Part shown: piece by piece, positions 38,602 through 46,225 of the stretch
How the letters are laid out: each line of letters opens with the position of its first letter
Numbering within the stretch: position 1 is the stretch's first letter
IMG/VR virus record: IMGVR_UViG_3300020264_000005
Span: 1-64,000 of that record
Origin: a virus
Taxonomy: Duplodnaviria; Caudoviricetes
Direction: 5' to 3' (one strand)
DNA: 64,000 bases
Made by a program: the position numbers and the translations under genes
Notes under the pieces: model-generated
The model's input: the letters and a program-made list of their open reading frames with translations, nothing else
What the model was told of the DNA's origin: nothing
Database searches by the model: none

Positions 38602-38766
38602 ATGTTCATGCACAGACTGCCCAACGGTAACATCATCATGCACGAAGGATTGCCCCGTGAACTTGCTATCAAACGCATGGAAGATCATGAGCGTTGGTGT
38701 CAAGAACACAGGGAAGAATTAGAGCGTGATTCTCAACAGTTATTCGATGACATGTTCGGTGGATGA
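38602..38766 (+). CDS. Hypothetical early protein (54 aa, MFMHRLPNGNII...), not in the ORF track
   Basis: Read by hand; lies between cassettes 6 and 7. Confidence 0.65.
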   Translation: MFMHRLPNGNIIMHEGLPRELAIKRMEDHERWCQEHREELERDSQQLFDDMFGG

Positions 38767-38809
38767 ACTGTCCACCATTTCCCCCATTGCACACCTCACC
38801 CCTTATAAT
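38753..38809 (+). promoter_or_regulatory. Early promoter cassette, copy 7
   Basis: TGTTCG-N10-TGTCCAC; 35 nt to TATAAT. Confidence 0.7.
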
Positions 38810-38815
38810 AGAAGC

Positions 38816-39064
38816 ATGAACAATTTCACAGACTTCATTGACTACGTTTTCACATTTTATGGAGACGGTGGTCTCTATGATCAAAAAAGGACTAAGGAAC
38901 AAATTGCACTTGCCCTTGTCACTTATCTTGATGAGTGCAATGATCCCTGCATTGACATGGAATGGGGGCACGGTGACAGTCTAGACCGTGAGAGGGTGAG
39001 AGACTACATGAACGACATGTACGGACCAATCCCCGTAGTGGCACAACCAGGATTGAATTGCTGA
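38816..39064 (+). CDS. Hypothetical early protein (GDSLDRERVRD motif), probably leaderless
   Basis: ATG 6 nt after TATAAT. Confidence 0.75.
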   Translation: MNNFTDFIDYVFTFYGDGGLYDQKRTKEQIALALVTYLDECNDPCIDMEWGHGDSLDRERVRDYMNDMYGPIPVVAQPGLNC

Positions 39065-39080
39065 CCTGATCCTGTATTGT
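39023..39080 (+). promoter_or_regulatory. Early promoter cassette, copy 8
   Basis: GGACCA-N10-TGGCAC; 36 nt to TATTGT. Confidence 0.7.
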
Positions 39081-39086
39081 ATACAC

Positions 39087-39302
39087 ATGAACGAAATCAC
39101 ACAGCAACGACCTGCCATGTTCACTATCGAATGTCCCGAGACTGGTGAGACTGAGATGACCAGCAACGAAGAGAGAGCATTTGATCTCTGCTACGCAATG
39201 AGCGAAGAGGAGACCATGTATGCATGCATACGCGATCAGTTCGGAAATCTGATCGGTGAGTATGGTAACATCATGGATGCCGTTGATCGCGGTCTGGTCT
39301 GA
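39087..39302 (+). CDS. Hypothetical early protein, probably leaderless
   Basis: ATG 6 nt after the -10 box. Confidence 0.75.
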   Translation: MNEITQQRPAMFTIECPETGETEMTSNEERAFDLCYAMSEEETMYACIRDQFGNLIGEYGNIMDAVDRGLV

Positions 39303-39358
39303 CCAGTTGACAAGGTGGCACACAGGGGGTTGCAACTCTCCCCCATGTGCTCTATATT
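39300..39358 (+). promoter_or_regulatory. Early promoter cassette, copy 9
   Basis: TGACCA-N10-TGGCAC; TTGCAA-N17-TATATT; 37 nt to the -10 box. Confidence 0.8.
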
Positions 39359-39394
39359 AAAAGAGTCAAACAAATTCACTTCATTTTTCACCAC

Positions 39395-39721
39395 ATGCGT
39401 AAGATCGAAGCACTCATGAACACCGCCATCAAGAACAACACTGATTGGCGCATGAGCAACACCCGAGTTGATAACAACGAAGGTGTGTCCACTGTGTACC
39501 TGCACAACAACAAAATTGCAGAGATCGGTGATGACTTCGTGAAAATCTTTGATGGCGGTTGGCAGTCCAACACCACCAAATCTCGCCTCAATGCTATCAT
39601 TAATGAGTTCTGCAATGGATTCACTGATGGTGTATTTCAAAAGAACTTTGAGTGGTTCGTCATGGATAACAAAGTTGTGCATGATTTCGTGAATGGTTAC
39701 ACTTTCGCTGAATTCGCTTGA
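39395..39721 (+). CDS. Conserved phage hypothetical protein (GGWQSNTTKSRLNA type)
   Basis: Widespread phage motif; start ATG39395. Confidence 0.8.
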   Translation: MRKIEALMNTAIKNNTDWRMSNTRVDNNEGVSTVYLHNNKIAEIGDDFVKIFDGGWQSNTTKSRLNAIINEFCNGFTDGVFQKNFEWFVMDNKVVHDFVNGYTFAEFA

Positions 39722-39728
39722 GTTCACC

Positions 39729-39751
39729 AAGGGGGGCAGATTGTCCCCCTT
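39729..39751. terminator. GC-rich hairpin, probable terminator
   Basis: AAGGGGGGCA-GAT-TGTCCCCCTT right after a stop codon; weak U tract. Confidence 0.55.
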
Positions 39752-39820
39752 AACTATTACAAACCATTCGGCTACTCAATGGCACATTATACCATGCCCC
39801 ACCTTGAAGTGGTGGGGGAG

Positions 39821-39879
39821 GGGTCTCTTAGTGAAGTGTCACTATTAGACCTGTCATGGAAGGCAGCTGCCCTTATAAT
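39821..39879 (+). promoter_or_regulatory. Early promoter cassette, copy 10
   Basis: GGGTCT-N10-TGTCAC; 37 nt to TATAAT. Confidence 0.65.
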
Positions 39880-39902
39880 TAGATCAGTTCACACCACAAA
39901 GC

Positions 39903-40091
39903 ATGTTCGCAGTTCAACCCGCCATCTTCGCTAACTTTGACGAACACGGGGCAGACTATGCATCCACCATCGATGATGCATATGCCATCGCCCGTGATAT
40001 GGGGGAAGACGCCATGATCTGGAAGCTAGGCACACAGAAAGCAATGAAGTGGATTCGTGTGTCAGTTGACGAAGTGGTCACCACTGCCTAG
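39903..40091 (+). CDS. Hypothetical early protein
   Basis: ORF between cassettes 10 and 11. Confidence 0.75.
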   Translation: MFAVQPAIFANFDEHGADYASTIDDAYAIARDMGEDAMIWKLGTQKAMKWIRVSVDEVVTTA

Positions 40092-40117
40092 GCACTGCCC
40101 CATTCATCCCCTATAAT
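40059..40117 (+). promoter_or_regulatory. Early promoter cassette, copy 11
   Basis: GTGTCA-N10-TGGTCAC; 37 nt to TATAAT. Confidence 0.8.
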
Positions 40118-40123
40118 AAGGAC

Positions 40124-40321
40124 ATGAACAACAAACTCACCACATCTGCTGACGGCATCTTCATGCACAGCGCCAATCCCTCCCCTGTCATGCAGGCAGC
40201 AATGGACAGCATCAGAAAACAGATGGCAGCAGAGACAGCATACCGTGAGCGTGTGCGTCAGGGACTGGAACCCGCCCATGGTGGACAGTGGGGATACTGG
40301 AACATCAGTGATCGCCACTGA
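40124..40321 (+). CDS. Hypothetical early protein, probably leaderless
   Basis: ATG 6 nt after TATAAT. Confidence 0.75.
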   Translation: MNNKLTTSADGIFMHSANPSPVMQAAMDSIRKQMAAETAYRERVRQGLEPAHGGQWGYWNISDRH

Positions 40322-40340
40322 CCCATTCACCCCTTATAAT
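40282..40340 (+). promoter_or_regulatory. Early promoter cassette, copy 12
   Basis: TGGACA-N10-TGGAAC; 37 nt to TATAAT. Confidence 0.7.
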
Positions 40341-40367
40341 AAACACATACACAACACAGCAACACAC

Positions 40368-40637
40368 ATGACAGCATCCACCATGACCGAGACCACCACA
40401 TACAACGGTTGGGCAAACTATGAGACATGGAATGCATCACTCTGGATTGGCAATGATGAGTTTCTGTATAACACTGCCAAGGCATGTGTAGAGTATGCAG
40501 AACTCAACGAATCACCCTATGAGAAGTTCATCCGTTGCATGTTCAACTGTGAGAACTATACAACAGGCGATGGCATTCGTTGGGATAATGATAACATCGA
40601 CCAGACAGAAATGATCGAGATGATGGCAGAACTGTGA
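40368..40637 (+). CDS. Conserved phage hypothetical protein (YNGW.NYETWN..LW type)
   Basis: Widespread phage motif; start ATG40368. Confidence 0.8.
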   Translation: MTASTMTETTTYNGWANYETWNASLWIGNDEFLYNTAKACVEYAELNESPYEKFIRCMFNCENYTTGDGIRWDNDNIDQTEMIEMMAEL

Positions 40638-40656
40638 AGCACAGTTAATAACACTT

Positions 40657-40680
40657 AGGGGCAGTAATATGCCCCTTTTT
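40657..40680 (+). terminator. Rho-independent terminator closing the early region
   Basis: AGGGGCA-GTAATA-TGCCCCT followed by TTTT. Confidence 0.8.
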
Positions 40681-40803
40681 ATGTTGGTTAAGGGTCGCCA
40701 AGCGGGTTTCTCAAAAAAGTACCTTCTTTCAAACCTACAAACGTTTCCCAGACGGGGCTAGTTATTGTGTTATAATAAATTTCAGAAACTAAAAAAAATC
40801 GCC

Positions 40804-41379
40804 ATGAAAATTTCTCCAACAAAATTCCCGAGGTACACAGTTGACGATGAAGGGAACGTGTATAGGGATGGGAAGTATTTGAAGAGTCATGATAGGGGGT
40901 TACTCACGCAGAACGGTACGAGGTATCAGGCAGTGAATATCAGCATCTATGATGACAACGGTAAGTTCGTGAGACAGATCAAGTATTATGTGCATCGCTT
41001 GGTTGCCGAGGCATTCATCGAGAATCCAGAGGGACTGCCAGAGGTAGACCATATTGATGAGAATAAGGAGAATAATAATGTAAGTAATCTGAGATGGATT
41101 ACGAGGAAGGGTAATATGGAAAGGACTGGAAAACCCGAAGGGACTATTATCGAGAAAGCAGGAAAGGGAGAGGGTAGAAACCCGTCGAGGTACATTAAGA
41201 AGGATGGAGAGTGGGTATTGATACCTAGTGATCGCCCAGCATGGAACAAGGGGATGAGGAGTGGTGCTCCGAATGGGACGTTAAAGCAATTAAAGAATGG
41301 ACATTGGAAAGTAAAGAAGGATCATGTATGGGTACATGTGAAACAAGCAGAGTATGCCGACTACGGTATCAATAAATAA
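40804..41379 (+). CDS. Free-standing HNH (homing-type) endonuclease
   Basis: YVHRLVAEAFI.NP...PEVDHID.NK.NN.V.NLRW; extended -10 TGTTATAAT upstream. Confidence 0.9.
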   Translation: MKISPTKFPRYTVDDEGNVYRDGKYLKSHDRGLLTQNGTRYQAVNISIYDDNGKFVRQIKYYVHRLVAEAFIENPEGLPEVDHIDENKENNNVSNLRWITRKGNMERTGKPEGTIIEKAGKGEGRNPSRYIKKDGEWVLIPSDRPAWNKGMRSGAPNGTLKQLKNGHWKVKKDHVWVHVKQAEYADYGINK

Positions 41380-41435
41380 ATTTGAAAATGGTTTTTTCAA
41401 AACCTTGAAACGGAAAAAAATTTCCCAGCAAAAAA

Positions 41436-41687
41436 ATGCCTGAAAAAGTCGATTTTAAAAACTACGATGATATCCTTGCAAACTTCGATGCATTCTGTGA
41501 CGAGTTTGAATCGAAGGCATCGGAAGCATATATGAGAGGTGATCAAAATGATGGAAGAGTCACGCAAGCAACAGCAGAACATGGAGAAGGTACTCCTGAA
41601 GTTGTCAGAGAGATTAGAGAGCCTGGAACAGAGGGTAACCCAGTTGGAGCGCCCTACATTGATGTACAGGCGTCCAGCATCGAGTGA
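41436..41687 (+). CDS. Hypothetical protein
   Basis: ORF after ATAAATA (41372-41378). Confidence 0.65.
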   Translation: MPEKVDFKNYDDILANFDAFCDEFESKASEAYMRGDQNDGRVTQATAEHGEGTPEVVREIREPGTEGNPVGAPYIDVQASSIE

Positions 41688-41778
41688 TTATGAATCTCTC
41701 TCAGATACGTTAGACTATTTGCATAACAACGTGGAAGGCATCAAGAAGGACCTAGCACACGTCGCAAGGGTAGTTTAA
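41548..41778 (+). CDS. Hypothetical coiled-coil protein
   Basis: SD GAGGT; TAATG coupling to the next gene. Confidence 0.7.
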   Translation: MMEESRKQQQNMEKVLLKLSERLESLEQRVTQLERPTLMYRRPASSDYESLSDTLDYLHNNVEGIKKDLAHVARVV

Positions 41779-42701
41779 TGCCAGTAGCACTAGTTGCCAC
41801 ACCAGAGGTCATCACAGGTCCTGCGGGACCGTTTCTGCTGCAGCCTGCGCCACAGGTGCCATTGTATCAGGACTCAGTGAGGACTGCACCGAATCCGATC
41901 TTGTATGAGAATATTTCTCCTAGTATGACGATCACTGTGCAGGCAACGGGAGGTTGTCCTTTGCCAGTGTTACCCGAGTTAATCACAAGTGTGTCAATCT
42001 TTCCTGGTCAAGCAACCAACAGTGGTACTGGTTGTAATATTACGAAGTTAGTCGATATTGCTGACAAACCTGTACCGAACTTACCAGACTTTCTGTTACC
42101 TAAGTTTGTTGAACCTTACATTCAGTATGGAGCAATTGCAGGACCACCTGCACCTACGATGTCCTTAGTAGCGCCTCTGAGGGGTCTGTATGGGGAGAAG
42201 TATTTCTATGACTCTGAATACATCTATGCGTCTTACTACCGCAATACGCCGACGTTCGACCCCGTAGACGGGAAAGCGCCGATATCTATCAATAAACAAA
42301 ACAGACTAACATCTATTAACTTGTTAAAAGGCAAGCAGCGAATGCCTTTTGATACGATACCAAAAGATATTAGTGAAATTACAACAGATCTATTCACTGG
42401 TGAAGCAGAACCGATTAATATTGAGAAGTTAGAACCATTAACAATTGGTCAAGCGATTACGACTGGTAGTGATTACATCTATAGTAGTGTACCTGAAGTA
42501 TCATCATGGGTTAAGTGGCGTCCATCATTTATTGAAGTGATGACGTATTATTACCATGTTGTGGTAACACATACATGTCCACCATTTGTAACAATATTCC
42601 AAGGTAGTATGTTAGTACAGAATAACTGGACACCTGCTGCAAATCGCTTAAGTTACTACATAGCATTACAGAACGGATTTTTGGACGATGAAAACCCTTA
42701 A
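41778..42701 (+). CDS. Proline-rich hypothetical protein, probably virion-associated
   Basis: 307-aa ORF directly upstream of PAAR. Confidence 0.75.
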   Translation: MPVALVATPEVITGPAGPFLLQPAPQVPLYQDSVRTAPNPILYENISPSMTITVQATGGCPLPVLPELITSVSIFPGQATNSGTGCNITKLVDIADKPVPNLPDFLLPKFVEPYIQYGAIAGPPAPTMSLVAPLRGLYGEKYFYDSEYIYASYYRNTPTFDPVDGKAPISINKQNRLTSINLLKGKQRMPFDTIPKDISEITTDLFTGEAEPINIEKLEPLTIGQAITTGSDYIYSSVPEVSSWVKWRPSFIEVMTYYYHVVVTHTCPPFVTIFQGSMLVQNNWTPAANRLSYYIALQNGFLDDENP

Positions 42702-42981
42702 ACCAATGAGTCGTTTAGGTGACATTACGACAGGTCACGGTTGTTACGCCCCTAGTGTTGGTGTAACAGCATCTCCAAATGTAATGGTAAACGGTCTACC
42801 TGCTCATAAGGTAGGTGATCCATTCACGCCACACACCTGTGGTAAGGATGTCCACTCAGATGTCGCTGCAATCGGTTCTCCAAAGGTCATCATTAATGGA
42901 TCACCTGCGATGCGTTTAGGGGATGCTCTAGCGCCTCCTGCATTGATGGCAGAGGCATCTTGGACAGTATTTGCAGCATAA
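42688..42981 (+). CDS. PAAR spike-tip protein (T4 gp5.4-like)
   Basis: SRLGD..GH, NGLPAHKVGD, NGSPAMRLGD repeats with His ligands. Confidence 0.9.
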   Translation: MKTLKPMSRLGDITTGHGCYAPSVGVTASPNVMVNGLPAHKVGDPFTPHTCGKDVHSDVAAIGSPKVIINGSPAMRLGDALAPPALMAEASWTVFAA

Positions 42982-42998
42982 GGATTTTGTGGTATAAT
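42970..42998 (+). promoter_or_regulatory. Sigma70-type promoter with extended -10 (TGGTATAAT)
   Basis: TTTGCA-N17-TATAAT upstream of the small basic ORF. Confidence 0.65.
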
Positions 42999-43022
42999 AT
43001 AAGAGTCAATTTTGATTAAACA

Positions 43023-43169
43023 ATGGCAAAAGCAAAGGTTGGTATTAGTGGTGGTGCTTTCGTAGAGAGCAAACCCAAGAAGACTCGTCAAGGAGCGGGT
43101 CAGCACACGAAATATGCATCCACGAGTCGTAATAATGCTAGGAAGCGTTATCGTGGTCAGGGACGATGA
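43023..43169 (+). CDS. Small basic protein (48 aa, ending ARKRYRGQGR), not in the ORF track
   Basis: Read by hand; own promoter; ATGA coupling. Confidence 0.75.
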   Translation: MAKAKVGISGGAFVESKPKKTRQGAGQHTKYASTSRNNARKRYRGQGR

Positions 43170-43849
43170 ATTTAATCTGTAACCTTCCTGCACAAAAAGT
43201 ATGGGTTCGTAAAGAATACTTGCGAGACCATCAGGACGGTCACGGTGAATTTGTTGAGGGCGTCTGGGTATCGGCAAAATCGATACCTGGTCGCGCTTTT
43301 TATTTTGAGACCTTCCTACCGACATATGGTGCAATGTATGATAAATTGCCCATTAGTGCGTTTGTATCATCCCCTGAGATCCCTGTCCCTGACTTGGATT
43401 TGACGAATTTGCAATTTTGGAATTGCATGGATTATGGTGTGATGTGTATCAACAAAGGTTTTGTAACTGGTATGGACTGTGAAGTGTATACTAGAGATCA
43501 TGGTCTAATGAAAGGTCAGTATATCTGCACATTAGACAACTATCATGCAAACCCTGATGTGATAGATAATAATGTTAGTGAGACTCCTCAGGAGCACAAA
43601 TCACATAATTGTATTGTTTTGGAGAACGGTCAGTTTGTTTTGTACCCTAATAATAGGACACGATTCTACGACTTATCTCTTACGCCCGAAGAACCCTTGA
43701 CACCCGACTTCAAAGTGAGTACAATAGTGTACCAAGTTGAAAACGGCACTGACTGGGGTCGTCTTGGGGACACTGATGATTATTTTTGGGAAACTAATGC
43801 TGAACGAAAACAACGGACGGAGACCACAAATGGGAAACAGCAGAGTTGA
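43166..43849 (+). CDS. Conserved hypothetical protein
   Basis: 227-aa ORF with EHKSHN and YPNNR motifs. Confidence 0.8.
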   Translation: MNLICNLPAQKVWVRKEYLRDHQDGHGEFVEGVWVSAKSIPGRAFYFETFLPTYGAMYDKLPISAFVSSPEIPVPDLDLTNLQFWNCMDYGVMCINKGFVTGMDCEVYTRDHGLMKGQYICTLDNYHANPDVIDNNVSETPQEHKSHNCIVLENGQFVLYPNNRTRFYDLSLTPEEPLTPDFKVSTIVYQVENGTDWGRLGDTDDYFWETNAERKQRTETTNGKQQS

Positions 43850-44003
43850 CAAGAGCGAAGACTTTAGGAAGTCAGGTATGACACTCATCACTGAGGTAGA
43901 GAGTGACAAGTATTTGCGTAAAGCAGGTAAGCGGAAAGAGGTACAAGAAGGAGAAATCTTCGACAACCAAGCGGAGTGGGCGGACGGATTCTGTGGCAAG
44001 TGA
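43830..44003 (+). CDS. Hypothetical protein (MGNSRVDKS...)
   Basis: SD GGAG, ATG43830. Confidence 0.7.
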   Translation: MGNSRVDKSEDFRKSGMTLITEVESDKYLRKAGKRKEVQEGEIFDNQAEWADGFCGK

Positions 44004-44009
44004 TAAATA
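44003..44009 (+). promoter_or_regulatory. Late promoter ATAAATA
   Basis: 23 nt upstream of gp25. Confidence 0.7.
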
Positions 44010-44032
44010 GAAACAGCCAATGCTGTGTCTAG

Positions 44033-44425
44033 ATGCCTTCCTTTCAGACATTTAAAGATCTGAGCATCACGTTCAAAAAACACCCTGTATCAGACGATCT
44101 GGTACAGGTGAAAGATAAGGCAGCTATCATTCAATCGATAACTGCCTTACTTTTGACGAATAGGGGAGAAAGACCATTCAAACCAAACCTAGGGTCAGGC
44201 ATTAGAGAGTCGTTATTTGAACCATTGGATTATGCCACTGGAGGTTTAATCAGAGGACAGGTTATTGATTGTATCAATAGATACGAACCAAGAATCGAAT
44301 TAGATAATGTATCAGTTGAACCTGATGAATTAAACAATGGATACAACGTAGAAATCTTCTTTACTATTGTAGGAAGAGATGACGTACCAGAGGCAGTAGA
44401 ATTCTTCTTAGAGCGTACACGATAA
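44033..44425 (+). CDS. gp25: Baseplate wedge subunit gp25
   Basis: LLT..GERPF.P.LGS.I...LFE...INRYEPRI. Confidence 0.93.
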   Translation: MPSFQTFKDLSITFKKHPVSDDLVQVKDKAAIIQSITALLLTNRGERPFKPNLGSGIRESLFEPLDYATGGLIRGQVIDCINRYEPRIELDNVSVEPDELNNGYNVEIFFTIVGRDDVPEAVEFFLERTR

Positions 44426-46221
44426 TGCCTTATACTCAGGTTGCCAACTTAGATTTTGAACAAATCAAAACAGCTCTTAAAGATTACTTAAGAGCACAGT
44501 CGGATTTTACTGACTATGACTTCGAGGGTTCTGCATTAGCGACCATCTTAGACACACTCGCTTATAATACCTATTATACGGCGTTTAACACTAATATGGT
44601 AGTCAATGAACTATTCATTGATTCTGCCACCTTGAGAGACAACGTAGTAGCGATTGCGAAGCAACTAGGGTACAGACCCAAGTCGAAGACCGCACCTACT
44701 GCTTATATCTCTTTTGATGTAAATTATAATCAACAAACAACAGACACAGAACTCCTGCTGAAGAAAGGAACTGGTTTTGTTGCTAACTATGACAATACTT
44801 TGTATCGTTATGTTGTATTGAACGATGCAAAGGCACAAGTATCAAATGGTGTTGCATCATTCACTGACCTTCCTGTAAAAGAAGGTGCATTGATTACTGA
44901 CACTTATACTATTAACGGTGCATCGAAGAACCAGAGATTTGTTCTCGATAACCCAAACATCGATGCTAATACTGTTTCAGTAAAAGTATTCCCTACTGGT
45001 GGTTCATTCAACGAACCATATTTGGTTGCAGATAACATCTTGAATGTAGATGGCAACTCAAAAATCTTCTTCCTTGACGAGATCGAGGATGACAGATACG
45101 AAATCATCATGGGTGATGGCATTCTAGGTAAGAAACTAGAGAATGGTGCTGTCATGGAGGTGACTTATCTGGTCACTAATGGTCCTGCATCCAATAGTGT
45201 ACGTACATTTGTCTTCAGCGGTGTCCTAGAGAACACACAAGGCATCACTCCTGCTGGTTTTAGCACTTCTATCACAAATGTAACACCTGCTGCTGGAGGC
45301 GAAGATCAGGAGACTACAGCGAAGATCAAGTTTAATGCTCCTAAGTCATACGGTGCTCAGGACAGAGCAGTGACTGTAGATGACTACGGTGCTATTGTAC
45401 GTAATGTATATCCTGCTACTAGTGACATCATTGTATTTGGTGGTGAGGATCAAGAACCACCAATGTATGGTAAGGTATTCATTTCATTGAAACCAAAGGA
45501 TGCAGCGTACCTAACGTCTGTTACTAAGAAGCAAATCATTGCAGATTTGAAGAAGTATGTTGTTGCATCAGTAGAACCAGTCCTAATCGACCCTTCTATT
45601 CTGATCATCGAACTAAATAGCAAGATTTATTACAACAGTTTAATTACAGACAAGACACCTGCACAGATTAGAGATGCAGTAATTGGTTCTGTACAGTCAT
45701 ACCTTGACACATCTGACACAGAAAAGTTCAACGGTAAGTTTAGACATAGTAAAGTTGCTGGTGTTATTGACGATACAGATCGTTCAATCAACTCCAACCT
45801 TACTGATGTTACAATGAGAAAGGATTTCTATCCTCAACTCAATTCAACTTTCTATTATGAGATCTGTTTCCAGAATGCATTCGACCTAGAGTGTGATGAA
45901 TCAGTCCTGTCGTCTACTGGTTTTAGAGTTACTGAGTACCCTAATTTCGATGTTTATATCGAAGACAGGGGTGGTAAAATTGTCCTATATAGACTAGACT
46001 CTTCTACTGGCGAAAAAGTAGTCCTAGACGATAATGTTGGGGATATTGATTATGAAAAAGGTGAACTTCAAATGTATGATTTGACTATCATTAAAGGTAC
46101 ATATTTCGATAATCGTATTTCAGTAAGAGTAAAGCCTAGGTCTAAAGACGTTAAGGCACTTCGTGAAGTTTACTTAGATGTAGACGTTGCCAATTCATCG
46201 TTCACTGCATACAAAGAGTAG
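44425..46221 (+). CDS. gp6: Baseplate wedge subunit gp6
   Basis: LDFEQIK..L...FTDYDFEGS..LAYNT; GGED.E...APK...QDRAVT..DY. Confidence 0.95.
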   Translation: MPYTQVANLDFEQIKTALKDYLRAQSDFTDYDFEGSALATILDTLAYNTYYTAFNTNMVVNELFIDSATLRDNVVAIAKQLGYRPKSKTAPTAYISFDVNYNQQTTDTELLLKKGTGFVANYDNTLYRYVVLNDAKAQVSNGVASFTDLPVKEGALITDTYTINGASKNQRFVLDNPNIDANTVSVKVFPTGGSFNEPYLVADNILNVDGNSKIFFLDEIEDDRYEIIMGDGILGKKLENGAVMEVTYLVTNGPASNSVRTFVFSGVLENTQGITPAGFSTSITNVTPAAGGEDQETTAKIKFNAPKSYGAQDRAVTVDDYGAIVRNVYPATSDIIVFGGEDQEPPMYGKVFISLKPKDAAYLTSVTKKQIIADLKKYVVASVEPVLIDPSILIIELNSKIYYNSLITDKTPAQIRDAVIGSVQSYLDTSDTEKFNGKFRHSKVAGVIDDTDRSINSNLTDVTMRKDFYPQLNSTFYYEICFQNAFDLECDESVLSSTGFRVTEYPNFDVYIEDRGGKIVLYRLDSSTGEKVVLDDNVGDIDYEKGELQMYDLTIIKGTYFDNRISVRVKPRSKDVKALREVYLDVDVANSSFTAYKE

Positions 46222-46225
46222 TTAA

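Noticed and set aside
31017-40340. Repeated palindromes read as a CRISPR array or integron attC sites
   Set aside because: Copies are degenerate, irregularly spaced by whole genes and tied to -10 boxes; no cas or integrase gene is in the window
13744-43830. Longest-ORF starts given in the track (13744, 20646, 26686, 33133, 33963, 38726, 39347, 40245, 40765, 43737)
   Set aside because: They overlap upstream genes or promoters; downstream ATGs fit coupling, SD or promoter position better
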